Below, one piece after another: positions 25,875-33,912 of a DNA stretch of 33,912 bases (positions are counted from its first letter, which is position 1; the number at the start of each line of letters is the position of its first letter). The translations under genes and the position numbers were made by a program. Source of the stretch: an uncultured Bacilli bacterium (GTDB taxonomy: Bacteria > Bacillota_I > Bacilli_A > RFN20 > CAG-826); assembly GCA_944349405.1 (NCBI GenBank), contig CALVMY010000004.1, forward strand, positions 1-33,912, written 5' to 3'. The notes under the pieces were generated by a model. The model ran no database searches and was not told where the DNA came from. It saw only the letters and a program-made list of their open reading frames with translations.

Positions 25875-26272
25875 TGGAAAAACAATTAAAAACCAAAAAT
25901 AATTTTTTCAAAGCATTTAGTGTTAAAGAATTGATTGCTTTTATAATAGCTGTATTATTGATTTTAACTGGATTAACATTCTTAGTTTTGGGTTTAATCG
26001 ATGATTATACAAATATTTATAATTCAATTTTAACTACACCAAATACTTCAATGAAATCAATGATGGGTGGAATCGGTTTCACCTGGTTTGGTGTAATTGT
26101 TAACATTGTCGGCGCAATTATTTTAGCTTTTTCGCTTTCCTATGCTTCAAAAAGTGAAGATAGAGAAAAAGAAAGAGAAGCAAGAAGAAGACAAAGAAGA
26201 GAATCTCTTTCAAGTAGTAATGAAGTCCCAACTTATTCTACAATAATGAACTCTTCTCAAGAAAAAAAGTAA
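25874..26272 (+). CDS. Hypothetical small membrane protein (132 aa, two predicted TM segments, Arg-rich C-tail)
   Basis: The start overlaps the upstream stop (TAATG). The TM segments are LIAFIIAVLLILTGLTFLVLGLI and FTWFGVIVNIVGAIILAFSL. The tail reads EDREKEREARRRQRRE. Confidence 0.7.
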   Translation: MEKQLKTKNNFFKAFSVKELIAFIIAVLLILTGLTFLVLGLIDDYTNIYNSILTTPNTSMKSMMGGIGFTWFGVIVNIVGAIILAFSLSYASKSEDREKEREARRRQRRESLSSSNEVPTYSTIMNSSQEKK

Positions 26273-26275
26273 TAT

Positions 26276-26310
26276 AAAGACCCAATCATTACGAGTGGGT
26301 CTTTTATTTT
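26276..26310. terminator. Bidirectional terminator between the membrane-protein gene and the GT4 gene
   Basis: Stem aaagaccca / tgggtcttt with an 11-nt loop, flanked by A-rich and T-rich runs and sitting between convergent genes. Confidence 0.65.
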
Positions 26311-27437
26311 TTATTTTCTTTATAAATTTTAAATAGTGTTTCGCTATTAAATATTGAATTAAAATTATGTAAAGCTCTAATTTGTCCATGTAGAGCTTTT
26401 CTTTTTGCCTTTTCTTTATCGGTAATAAGCTCAATAACCTTATTTTTTAAAGATTGATAATTATTAACTTCGAATAAATACCCATTTTCATCACTTTCAA
26501 CAATTTCTTTAGTTCCTAAACTATCAGAAGCAATAATAGCTAAACCATTGAGCATCGCTTCAACCGTTACTAGGCCAAAAGCTTCACTTAAAGAAGACAT
26601 TATAAAGACATCGCTTTTTTTATAATAATCAGTGACATTATCGACTTGACCCACAAATTTAATACGATTTTTTATATTTTTTGCATGTCGAAGTAATTTA
26701 TTTTTATAAGAATTTCTAACATAGCCAACAAAAGTTAAATCAAAATCAAACTGATTTTTTAATTCATCTAAAGCTTTTATTATTAAGAATTGACCTTTTT
26801 CATGTTTAATTCGACCAACATTTATAAAATGAATTGTTTTATCAAGAAATAAAACTTTATTTGGATTATAAAATTTTATTGTATTAACTCCATCATAAAC
26901 ATAGGTAAGAATTTTATTATTGATAAATGGCTTATATTTATAATATAAACCCTTGCTAACACAGATAACTTTTTTTGCCTTGTTATATAAAGAAATCGCG
27001 TATTTAAAATTATAATAAGTCTTCTTTTGATCTTCATTTAAAAATTCACGAATATGCCGAATGTAAGGTATATTGAGCTTTAAGGCGATTTTAGCACCTA
27101 AATAATGATAGGAAGTATTAATAATAATTAAATCTGGATTAAAAGATTTAACAAATTTTGTAATACTTTTTTCTTTCAAATAATTGTTTAATTTATTAAA
27201 AGGATAAAGTAGATAATCAATTGGGTTAAAATAATCATGTTTTATCCATGAAAAGGTGAAATAAATTTCATAATCTATTTTTGCCTCTTTAAGCATTTTT
27301 GTCCCGCTTCCCCCATAAGGAAGAAGTACAAAAACTTCGGTATTTTCCATTTTTTTTATATCGCTTACTAATTTTACTAATGCTCTAAAGGCACCGCTTC
27401 CACTGTTATTATCGCTAGAAAAAAATAAATATTTCAT
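26304..27437 (-). CDS. Glycosyltransferase, GT4 (GT-B, retaining) family
   Basis: The E-x7-E motif EAFGLVTVEAM and the C-terminal GT1/GT4 domain pattern (FVGQVDNV..YYKKSDVFIMSS). Confidence 0.88.
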   Translation of the reverse strand: MKYLFFSSDNNSGSGAFRALVKLVSDIKKMENTEVFVLLPYGGSGTKMLKEAKIDYEIYFTFSWIKHDYFNPIDYLLYPFNKLNNYLKEKSITKFVKSFNPDLIIINTSYHYLGAKIALKLNIPYIRHIREFLNEDQKKTYYNFKYAISLYNKAKKVICVSKGLYYKYKPFINNKILTYVYDGVNTIKFYNPNKVLFLDKTIHFINVGRIKHEKGQFLIIKALDELKNQFDFDLTFVGYVRNSYKNKLLRHAKNIKNRIKFVGQVDNVTDYYKKSDVFIMSSLSEAFGLVTVEAMLNGLAIIASDSLGTKEIVESDENGYLFEVNNYQSLKNKVIELITDKEKAKRKALHGQIRALHNFNSIFNSETLFKIYKENKK

Positions 27438-27443
27438 TTTTGA

Positions 27444-28358
27444 TTACCTATTTTTAACATAAGGACATTTAAAATCTGGATTTTTGCGATTTTCATAAAT
27501 TTTACTAACGACATCTGGATTTGTTTTTAAATCGAACTTTCTAGCATAAAGTACAGGTATTTTATGTTTATAAATTCTTTTATAATCTTTCATTGTTAAA
27601 GGTTTTGGAGCATTTAAAACATACCAATCACAATATAATAAAGCGCCACCTCTTTTCTTTTTTATAAATAATTTCTCAAAAAATGGCGAATTATATAAAA
27701 CTTCAGCAAAAATATGTTCATCAGCGATTAAAGTATTCTTATATTTATCGAATAATTTTTGGCTTTCAATTGTTTCAACGATATATTTAGTGCAATCTTT
27801 TGAAATTGTAAACCATAATAAAGTGGTTGGAACTTTAAAAGATTTAAATTGATTATTTGTTTTCATAAATGGTGAAAATAATAAATCAACAATAACATCA
27901 CGAATCGCTAATAAATTACGATTTTTACGTTGTTTTGGAGAATATGCTTTATCGTGAATTAAATGTAGACGGCTTCTTTTTGTCCAATCAAAACGAACAT
28001 CGATAAACTCTTTACCTTTATTTTCACTTAAAAACTTTTTAATTTCTAAATCTGGGTATAAAGGAAGACAACTTTCAGAGACCATTGTGAAATAATCATA
28101 ATCAAATGTAAGAGTATATTTTAATAGTGAAGTTGTGGCGATTGATGTAGTTAAATCGCCCCAGCCAACATCAAAACGATCTAAAATAAAATGAACATGT
28201 TTATCATTTTTATAAAGTGAATAAAGATCTTGAAATAATTCTTCACTCTTTTTATCGACTAAAATAACGAGTTCATTATCGTTTACGTTAAGTAAATTAA
28301 TTAAATTAATTGCCTGTTCTTTTTTAGAAGAGAGCATCATTCCATAAATAAGTTTCAT
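27444..28358 (-). CDS. GT14-like (Core-2/I-branching enzyme family) glycosyltransferase
   Basis: VILVDKKS, V.WGDLT..IATTSLL, DYFTMVSESCLPL and ADEHIFAEVLYNSP together match the Branch-domain pattern. Confidence 0.8.
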   Translation of the reverse strand: MKLIYGMMLSSKKEQAINLINLLNVNDNELVILVDKKSEELFQDLYSLYKNDKHVHFILDRFDVGWGDLTTSIATTSLLKYTLTFDYDYFTMVSESCLPLYPDLEIKKFLSENKGKEFIDVRFDWTKRSRLHLIHDKAYSPKQRKNRNLLAIRDVIVDLLFSPFMKTNNQFKSFKVPTTLLWFTISKDCTKYIVETIESQKLFDKYKNTLIADEHIFAEVLYNSPFFEKLFIKKKRGGALLYCDWYVLNAPKPLTMKDYKRIYKHKIPVLYARKFDLKTNPDVVSKIYENRKNPDFKCPYVKNR

Positions 28359-28369
28359 AATTTTTTCTC

Positions 28370-29488
28370 TTAAATATCAATATTAAATAGTTTTAAATCA
28401 TTAAAAGCGAGTTCGCAAACATCATCCATATCATAATATTTGTATCTTCCTAATCGACCAGAAAATAAAATATTTGCTTCATTTTTAGCCTCATCTTTAT
28501 ATTTTTCATATAAAAGATTATTTTTTTCATCGTTTAAAGGGTAATATCTTTCCATTCCTTCTTTATATTGAACAGGATATTCTTTTGTAATATAGGTTAC
28601 ATCGCTCTTATCATTTTCAAAATATTTGTGCTCAATTATTCGAGTATAAGAAGGAGTAGTATCGGTATAGTTAATTACACAATTTCTTTGATAAAATTCT
28701 TGGTTTATTTTTTCAAGTTCAAATTTTAAAGAACGATATTCTAATTTTCCTAATTTATAATCATAATATTCATCAATTGGACCACTATAAATTATAAAAT
28801 TAGCAATATTTTTATAATAATCACGTTTTTTTAAAAAATCCTCGTTTAATTTTACTTCGACATTTTTTAAAAGCTCTTCGATTAATTTCGTATATCCTCC
28901 AAGAGGAATTCCTTGATAGATGTCGTTAAAATAATTGTTGTTATATTCAAATCTTAGCGGCAATCTTTTTATTATAAAAGAAGGTAATTCGTTGCATTTT
29001 TTGCCCCATTGTTTTTCAGTATATCCTTTTATTAAATATTCATAAATTGTTCGTCCTACTAAAGAGATGGCTTGATCTTCTAAATTTTTAATTTCTTTTA
29101 TATTTTCTTTACTTTTTTCTTCTTCAATTTTTCTAATAGCTTCTTCTTTAGTCTTAACTCCCCAAATTTCATTGAATGTATTCATATTAAAAGGCATATG
29201 ATAATATTTTCCTTTATAAAAAGCTAAAGGAGAGTTGATAAAATTGTTAAATTTAATGAATGAATTTAGGTAATTCCAAACTTTTTCATTGGAAGTATGA
29301 AAAATATGAGCTCCATAAACATGAACATCAATATTGTTCATTTTTTTAGTATAAATGTTTCCACCAATATGATCTCTTTTTTCAATAACTAAAACTTTAT
29401 AGCCATTTTTAGATAATTCATGAGCCATAATCGAACCATAAAGCCCGCTACCAACAATTAAAAAATCGTAAATTTTTTTATTATTCAT
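28370..29488 (-). CDS. glf: UDP-galactopyranose mutase
   Basis: YDFLIVGSGLYGS FAD fold, EKRDHIGGN, YGAHIFHT and GRLG.YKYYDMD. Confidence 0.93.
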   Translation of the reverse strand: MNNKKIYDFLIVGSGLYGSIMAHELSKNGYKVLVIEKRDHIGGNIYTKKMNNIDVHVYGAHIFHTSNEKVWNYLNSFIKFNNFINSPLAFYKGKYYHMPFNMNTFNEIWGVKTKEEAIRKIEEEKSKENIKEIKNLEDQAISLVGRTIYEYLIKGYTEKQWGKKCNELPSFIIKRLPLRFEYNNNYFNDIYQGIPLGGYTKLIEELLKNVEVKLNEDFLKKRDYYKNIANFIIYSGPIDEYYDYKLGKLEYRSLKFELEKINQEFYQRNCVINYTDTTPSYTRIIEHKYFENDKSDVTYITKEYPVQYKEGMERYYPLNDEKNNLLYEKYKDEAKNEANILFSGRLGRYKYYDMDDVCELAFNDLKLFNIDI

Positions 29489-29538
29489 ACTTTATAATTC
29501 TATATATTTTTATTATTAATTTAAAGATGATTAAGGCA

Positions 29539-29567
29539 TAAAAAAACACCATTTTTTAAAATGGCGA
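29539..29567 (-). terminator. Terminator downstream of tRNA-Ser
   Basis: The minus strand reads cgccatttt-aaaa-aatggtg followed by TTTTTTT. Confidence 0.6.
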
Positions 29568-29584
29568 GTATTTAAATTTATCTT

Positions 29585-29673
29585 TGGCGGAGAAAAGGGG
29601 ATTTGAACCCCTGCGCCTGTTACAGCCTACGAGCTTTCCAAGCCCGCCCCTTCAGCCTCTTGGGTATTTCTCC
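29585..29673 (-). tRNA. tRNA-Ser (anticodon GGA), class II with a long variable arm and an encoded CCA
   Basis: The manual cloverleaf has acceptor GGAGAAA / TTTCTCC, anticodon stem CGGGC / GCTCG, loop TT-GGA-AA, T-arm AGGGG-TTCAAAT-CCCCT, discriminator G and a 3' CCA. Total length is 89 nt. Confidence 0.93.
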
Positions 29674-29745
29674 ATCAATTTAGTTGTATATGCTCTTTTA
29701 AAGCCTTATTATTTTATCAAATGATATTTTGAAAGTCACTTAAAA

Positions 29746-30717
29746 ATGAAAGAATTTATTATTGCTCATAACGACTCAAATCAAAGAGTTGATAAATTTG
29801 TAAAGAAATATTTAAGAAACGCCCCTCTTTCTTTTATATATAAAACTTTTAGGAAAAAAGATATTAAAGTAAATGGGAAGTGGGTTAAAGAAAATTATAT
29901 TTTAAATGAAAATGATATATTAAGAATTTATGTTCCCGACAATAAAATCGAGGAATTTTTAAGTGATAGTTTTGAAAATGTTAATTATAATTTTGAAATT
30001 ATATATGAAGATCAAAACTTTTTAATCATTAATAAAGATCGTGGGATTTTGATTCACGGAGATAATAATGAAAAAAAATACACTTTAAGCAATGAAGTTT
30101 TATCTTATTTAATAGATAAAAATGAATATTCTCCTCGTAATGATAATTTTATTCCTTCTCCTATTCATCGATTAGATAGAAATACTTCTGGATTAATAAT
30201 ATTTGCAAAAAATCTAATGGCTTTTAAAGAAGGAAGCGAATTATTTAAAAAGAAAGTTCAAATTGAAAAACATTATTTAGCTTTAGTTTTTGGAAACATA
30301 AAAGATGAAGGAGAAATCAATGCCCCATTATTAAAAAATAGTAAGACTAATACTGTGAAGGTTGATTTCATAAGTGGAAAAGAATCACTAACTGAATTTA
30401 AGAAAATTGATGGAAATGATATGTATTCTTTGATTAACGTTAACTTAATTACTGGAAGAACTCATCAAATTCGAGTTCATTTATCTTATATTCATTATCC
30501 AATTGTTGGCGATGAAAAATATGGGAATTTTGTTTTAAATAAAGATTTTTATAAAGAATATAAATATTCAAAACAGTTTTTACATGCTTATTCTTTAACT
30601 TTTAAGGATATTACGGGCGAGCTTTCTTATTTATCAAATAAGACATTTTATGCCCCTTTAAAAAATGATGAAAAGAATATCTTAAATAAATTGAATTTTA
30701 AGTATGAAAAAATTTAA
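29746..30717 (+). CDS. RluA-family (RluC/RluD-like) 23S rRNA pseudouridine synthase with an N-terminal S4 domain
   Basis: Catalytic motif HRLDRNTSGLIIFAK, and GRTHQIRVH. Confidence 0.9.
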   Translation: MKEFIIAHNDSNQRVDKFVKKYLRNAPLSFIYKTFRKKDIKVNGKWVKENYILNENDILRIYVPDNKIEEFLSDSFENVNYNFEIIYEDQNFLIINKDRGILIHGDNNEKKYTLSNEVLSYLIDKNEYSPRNDNFIPSPIHRLDRNTSGLIIFAKNLMAFKEGSELFKKKVQIEKHYLALVFGNIKDEGEINAPLLKNSKTNTVKVDFISGKESLTEFKKIDGNDMYSLINVNLITGRTHQIRVHLSYIHYPIVGDEKYGNFVLNKDFYKEYKYSKQFLHAYSLTFKDITGELSYLSNKTFYAPLKNDEKNILNKLNFKYEKI

Positions 30718-30746
30718 AATAGAGTTGTTTAAAGGAATTTAAAGAT

Positions 30747-32459
30747 ATGAAAGAAATTGTTAAGGAAAATTTAAAAAGATGGTTGGAATCAAGGAAAGTA
30801 AGCGAAGAAGATAAAAAAATTCTAAATTCAATGAATGAAGAACAATTAGATGATGCTTTCTTTAAAAACATTGCATTCGGAACGGCTGGAATAAGGGGAG
30901 TTTTAGGTCCAGGCACTAATCGAATGAACTATTTTACAGTTTTAAAAGCAACTGTTGGTTTTGGATTATATTTGAAAGAAATTTATAAAGATTGTGATTC
31001 AATAAGTGTTGCAATTTCCCATGATAATCGTCATTTTTCTAGAGAATTTACTTTAGAAAGTGCAGATATATTAAATAGAATGGGTATAAATACTTATATT
31101 TTTGATTCATTAAGACCAACTCCTGAACTTTCATATGCGGTTAGATATAAAAAATGCCAAGGCGGGATTATGATTACAGCTTCTCATAATCCTAAAGAAT
31201 ATAATGGTTATAAAGTTTATGATGATGAAGGCTGTCAACTAGTTCCTTCTAAAATTGCTAGATTAATTGAAATTATTGATTCACTTGAAGATGAATTAAA
31301 TGTCGAAGTTCCTGAAGTTGAAAATAAAGGACAAAACTATATTTTAGAAGACGATGTAGATAAAACTTATGTAGAGGAAGTAGAAAAAATTGTTATCGAC
31401 CCTTCTTTAGATAAATCAAATTTTAAAATCGTCTATTCTCCAAATCATGGAACAAGTTATGTTAATGCAATGAAAGTCTTTAAAGACGAAGGTTATGATG
31501 TATATCCGGTTTTAAAACAATGTAGTTTTGATCCTGATTTTAGCGCAACTTTATCTCCAAATCCTGAAGACCCACGTGCCTTTATTGAAGGAATTAAACT
31601 GGCTAAAGAAATTGGCGCTGAGCAAATTTGTATGACTGACCCTGATGGAGATAGAGTTGGACTTGCTACAAAATTAAATAATGGCGAATTTGCTTTAATG
31701 ACAGGAAATGAATCAGCCGCAATTTTGCTTGACTACATTATCACTCATAAATTAAAAAAAGGAGAAGATTTATCTAATTGTGTTGTTTATAACACCGTTG
31801 TTTCTTCAATGTTAGGAAAAGCAATTTGCGATTATTATGGAGTAAGACTTGAATCATTCTTAACTGGATTTAAATATATTGGTGATAGAATTCATTATTA
31901 TGAAGTAAATGGAGGCTATAAATTTTTATTTGGCTATGAAGAAAGTTATGGTTGCTTAGTTTCTCCTTTTGTAAGAGATAAAGATGGCATTCAAGCAATT
32001 CTTTTATATAGCGAAATGGGTTTAGCTTATCATTTAAAAGGTAAAAATTTAGTTGAAGCTTATGATGAAATTTGTAATAAAGTAGGTAAATTCTATTATA
32101 CTGAATTGTTTAATATTTATTTTGAAGGTAGCGAAGGCCAAGCAAAAATGAATAAAATTATGGAAAAATTAGAATTAAATCCATTTACAAGTTTAAATAA
32201 TAATAAAGTTACAGTTATTGAAAATTATTTTGCTCTTACCAGAAAAAATTTATTGACTAATGAATCGAGCAAAATTTTAAATCTACCAAAGGGTGATTTA
32301 GTTAAATTCTTCTTTGAAGATGGAACAAATATTGCTATCCGCCCTTCTGGAACTGAACCAAAATGTAAATTCTATATCGAAGTTTGTGGTAAAAACAGAG
32401 AAGAAACCAAAGGAAAACCTGAAATTTACTTTGAAAAATTAAAAGAAGAACTCTTATAA
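30747..32459 (+). CDS. Phosphoglucomutase / phosphomannomutase (alpha-D-phosphohexomutase, PgcA-like)
   Basis: Active-site TASHNPKEYNGYK, metal loop DPDGDR, sugar loop GYEESYG and phosphate loop RPSGTEPK. Confidence 0.92.
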   Translation: MKEIVKENLKRWLESRKVSEEDKKILNSMNEEQLDDAFFKNIAFGTAGIRGVLGPGTNRMNYFTVLKATVGFGLYLKEIYKDCDSISVAISHDNRHFSREFTLESADILNRMGINTYIFDSLRPTPELSYAVRYKKCQGGIMITASHNPKEYNGYKVYDDEGCQLVPSKIARLIEIIDSLEDELNVEVPEVENKGQNYILEDDVDKTYVEEVEKIVIDPSLDKSNFKIVYSPNHGTSYVNAMKVFKDEGYDVYPVLKQCSFDPDFSATLSPNPEDPRAFIEGIKLAKEIGAEQICMTDPDGDRVGLATKLNNGEFALMTGNESAAILLDYIITHKLKKGEDLSNCVVYNTVVSSMLGKAICDYYGVRLESFLTGFKYIGDRIHYYEVNGGYKFLFGYEESYGCLVSPFVRDKDGIQAILLYSEMGLAYHLKGKNLVEAYDEICNKVGKFYYTELFNIYFEGSEGQAKMNKIMEKLELNPFTSLNNNKVTVIENYFALTRKNLLTNESSKILNLPKGDLVKFFFEDGTNIAIRPSGTEPKCKFYIEVCGKNREETKGKPEIYFEKLKEELL

Positions 32460-32465
32460 AAAATA

Positions 32466-32499
32466 AATTCTCATTTCTAAAAAGATTTGAGGATTTTTT
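32466..32499. terminator. Candidate bidirectional terminator between the phosphoglucomutase and HAD genes
   Basis: Imperfect hairpin aattctca..tc / ga..tgaggatt followed by TTTT. It overlaps the stop codon of the minus-strand HAD gene. Confidence 0.45.
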
Positions 32500-33319
32500 A
32501 ATTAAAAAATTTTTTTAATTCATAAATTATACCATCATGGTCATTATCATAGGTTGTAAGATAAGTGGCGTATTTTCTTATTTTTGGATTTCCATTTATC
32601 ATTAAAAATGAATTTTTAAACATTGAAAGCATTTCTATATCGTTATCCGCATCGCCAAAAACAAAAACATTTTCTTTATTTATATTTTCTCTTTCGACTA
32701 ATAAGTTTAGTGTCGCAGCTTTAGAAATATTATGAATATGTATTTCAGCATAAGGACAATCCCGCCAAAACCTTAAACGATATTTATTATCTTTGTTTAT
32801 TTTATCAAAACTTTTTAGCAACGATTTTTTAGTTTCTTCATTTTCATTCTTTAATTTCATAACAAAAGTGAAAGTGTCGCAATTAATAACTTTATCAAAA
32901 GGCCCGTTAATGATTTTCATATTAGCTTTTTCAAAAAATGCGAAAAGAAAATCATCTTCTTTGTCGCAAAAAATTGTATCTTCGTTTTCAGCTAAAATAC
33001 TTACAACTTCTTTATTGATTATCTCTTTATAAAGATTTAATAAAAAATTTTTCTCTAACTTATAAGATATTTTATTAAATGAAGGAATTTTTGGGTCAAT
33101 TACTAAGGAACCATTATATGAGATGATTGGTGATTTTAGATTCAAAAAATCATAGTATCGATAAATACTACGAGGAGCTCTTCCTGAGCATAAAACAATT
33201 AAATTCCCTTCTTTTTCTAATTTATTTAAATATTCTTTTGTATTATTGCTTATTTTTTTATCTGTTGTTAATAATGTTCCGTCTAAATCAAGTGCAATTA
33301 AATTTTTATTTTTTACCAT
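32498..33319 (-). CDS. Cof-type HAD-IIB family phosphatase (second paralog in the window)
   Basis: DLDGTLL, SGRA and GDADNDIEM. The start overlaps the trpS stop region by 14 nt. Confidence 0.85.
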   Translation of the reverse strand: MVKNKNLIALDLDGTLLTTDKKISNNTKEYLNKLEKEGNLIVLCSGRAPRSIYRYYDFLNLKSPIISYNGSLVIDPKIPSFNKISYKLEKNFLLNLYKEIINKEVVSILAENEDTIFCDKEDDFLFAFFEKANMKIINGPFDKVINCDTFTFVMKLKNENEETKKSLLKSFDKINKDNKYRLRFWRDCPYAEIHIHNISKAATLNLLVERENINKENVFVFGDADNDIEMLSMFKNSFLMINGNPKIRKYATYLTTYDNDHDGIIYELKKFFN

Positions 33320-33912
33320 AAATACCTACAGTTTGTTGTACTTTTTTTAATGTTAAAGAGGCAACCATTTTTGCTTTTTTAGCGCCTTCTTTTAATACTT
33401 CATCGACAAGATTGGAGTCGATAATTTCATTATATTTTTCTTGAATTTGTCCAATCTTTTCTAAAACTATTGCAGCAACTTCTTTTTTAAAATCACCATA
33501 TCGATGACAATCTTTAAATAAATTTGCAGCTTCATTAATATTAATATCTTTTAAAGAAGCATAAATTGTTAAAAGATTTGATATTCCAGGTTTATTCTCT
33601 TTATCAAAATAAATATCACTACCTAAATCAGTAGTAGCGCGCATAATTTTCTTTTCGATAGATTTTAAATCTTCCAAAAGGAAAATATCGCCTTTTTCAT
33701 CACTTTTAGACATCTTTTTTGTTGGGTCTGATAAGGACATGATTCTGGCCCCAACACTAGGAACGATTGGTTCGGGCATAACAAAAATCTCTTTATTGTA
33801 ACGAGTATTAAATCTATGAACTAAATCTCTACACAATTCAACGTGCTGTTTTTGGTCTTCTCCAACAGGAACAACATCTGCATTATAAAGTAAAATATCA
33901 GCACACATTAAA
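33306..33912 (-). CDS. trpS: Tryptophan--tRNA ligase, C-terminal part (the N-terminus lies beyond the window)
   Basis: VPVGEDQKQHVEL, and the KMSKS loop. The ORF is open to the window edge. Confidence 0.93.
   Translation of the reverse strand, partial: LMCADILLYNADVVPVGEDQKQHVELCRDLVHRFNTRYNKEIFVMPEPIVPSVGARIMSLSDPTKKMSKSDEKGDIFLLEDLKSIEKKIMRATTDLGSDIYFDKENKPGISNLLTIYASLKDININEAANLFKDCHRYGDFKKEVAAIVLEKIGQIQEKYNEIIDSNLVDEVLKEGAKKAKMVASLTLKKVQQTVGIYGKK

Noticed and set aside
26273-26310. Direct repeat of the tRNA-Ser 3' end (att-like site) at the far border of the glycan cluster
   Set aside because: No match to the tRNA 3' segment (ggttcaaatccccttttctccgcca or its complement) is visible there, only a terminator hairpin. 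Integration at the tRNA therefore remains unsupported.
1-33912. Alternative genetic code (UGA = Trp, as in Mycoplasma or Spiroplasma)
   Set aside because: All conserved genes are full length under the standard code, conserved Trp positions use TGG, and TGA ends genes such as cmk. This is consistent with a code-11 organism.
1-33912. CRISPR arrays, long tandem repeats, prophage, toxin-antitoxin or defence-gene signatures
   Set aside because: Reading both strands showed no regularly spaced direct repeats, no cas-like, integrase, portal or terminase-like ORFs, and no small paired ORFs with toxin/antitoxin character. The only repeats seen are short palindromes, terminators and the ACGTGAAAAC 10-mer.

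Overview
This is a very AT-rich (about 30% GC by eye), gene-dense chromosomal segment. It uses the standard genetic code: Trp is TGG throughout, and all conserved genes read full length with TGA as a stop. Gene content and Bacillus-like synteny point to a reduced low-GC Bacillota or Mycoplasmatota lineage (Acholeplasma- or Erysipelotrichia-like); that assignment is inference only.

Left to right, the window contains:
- the 3' end of an IS3-like transposase
- a minus-strand block with two large acidic lipoproteins (one PrsA/parvulin-like) plus a HIT hydrolase
- sufCDSUB, mnmG-rsmG and parA-parB
- an FMN riboswitch controlling ribU
- a small ferredoxin
- cmk-der and hup
- a head-domain-only CCA-type nucleotidyltransferase, a DnaD-like protein and nth
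- convergent exonuclease-recU
- pduL with a TSCPD protein
- an S-box-like riboswitch controlling metK
- hpf and a Cof-type HAD
- an unrecognised gene pair (288 aa soluble, 132 aa membrane)
- a minus-strand glf-GT14-GT4 glycan cluster next to tRNA-Ser(GGA)
- an RluA-family pseudouridine synthase, a phosphoglucomutase, a second Cof-type HAD and a partial trpS

Most of the window is housekeeping. I found no CRISPR array, prophage, toxin-antitoxin pair or recognisable defence system.

The places most likely to hold new biology are:
- the uncharacterised pair at 25008-26272
- the ParB with degenerate CTP-binding motifs, together with a repeated ACGTGAAAAC 10-mer
- the truncated CCA-type enzyme
- the tandem lipoproteins with a split parvulin domain
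- the Galf/GT14 glycan cluster

All homology calls come from motif recognition by eye. No database searches or computations were run.
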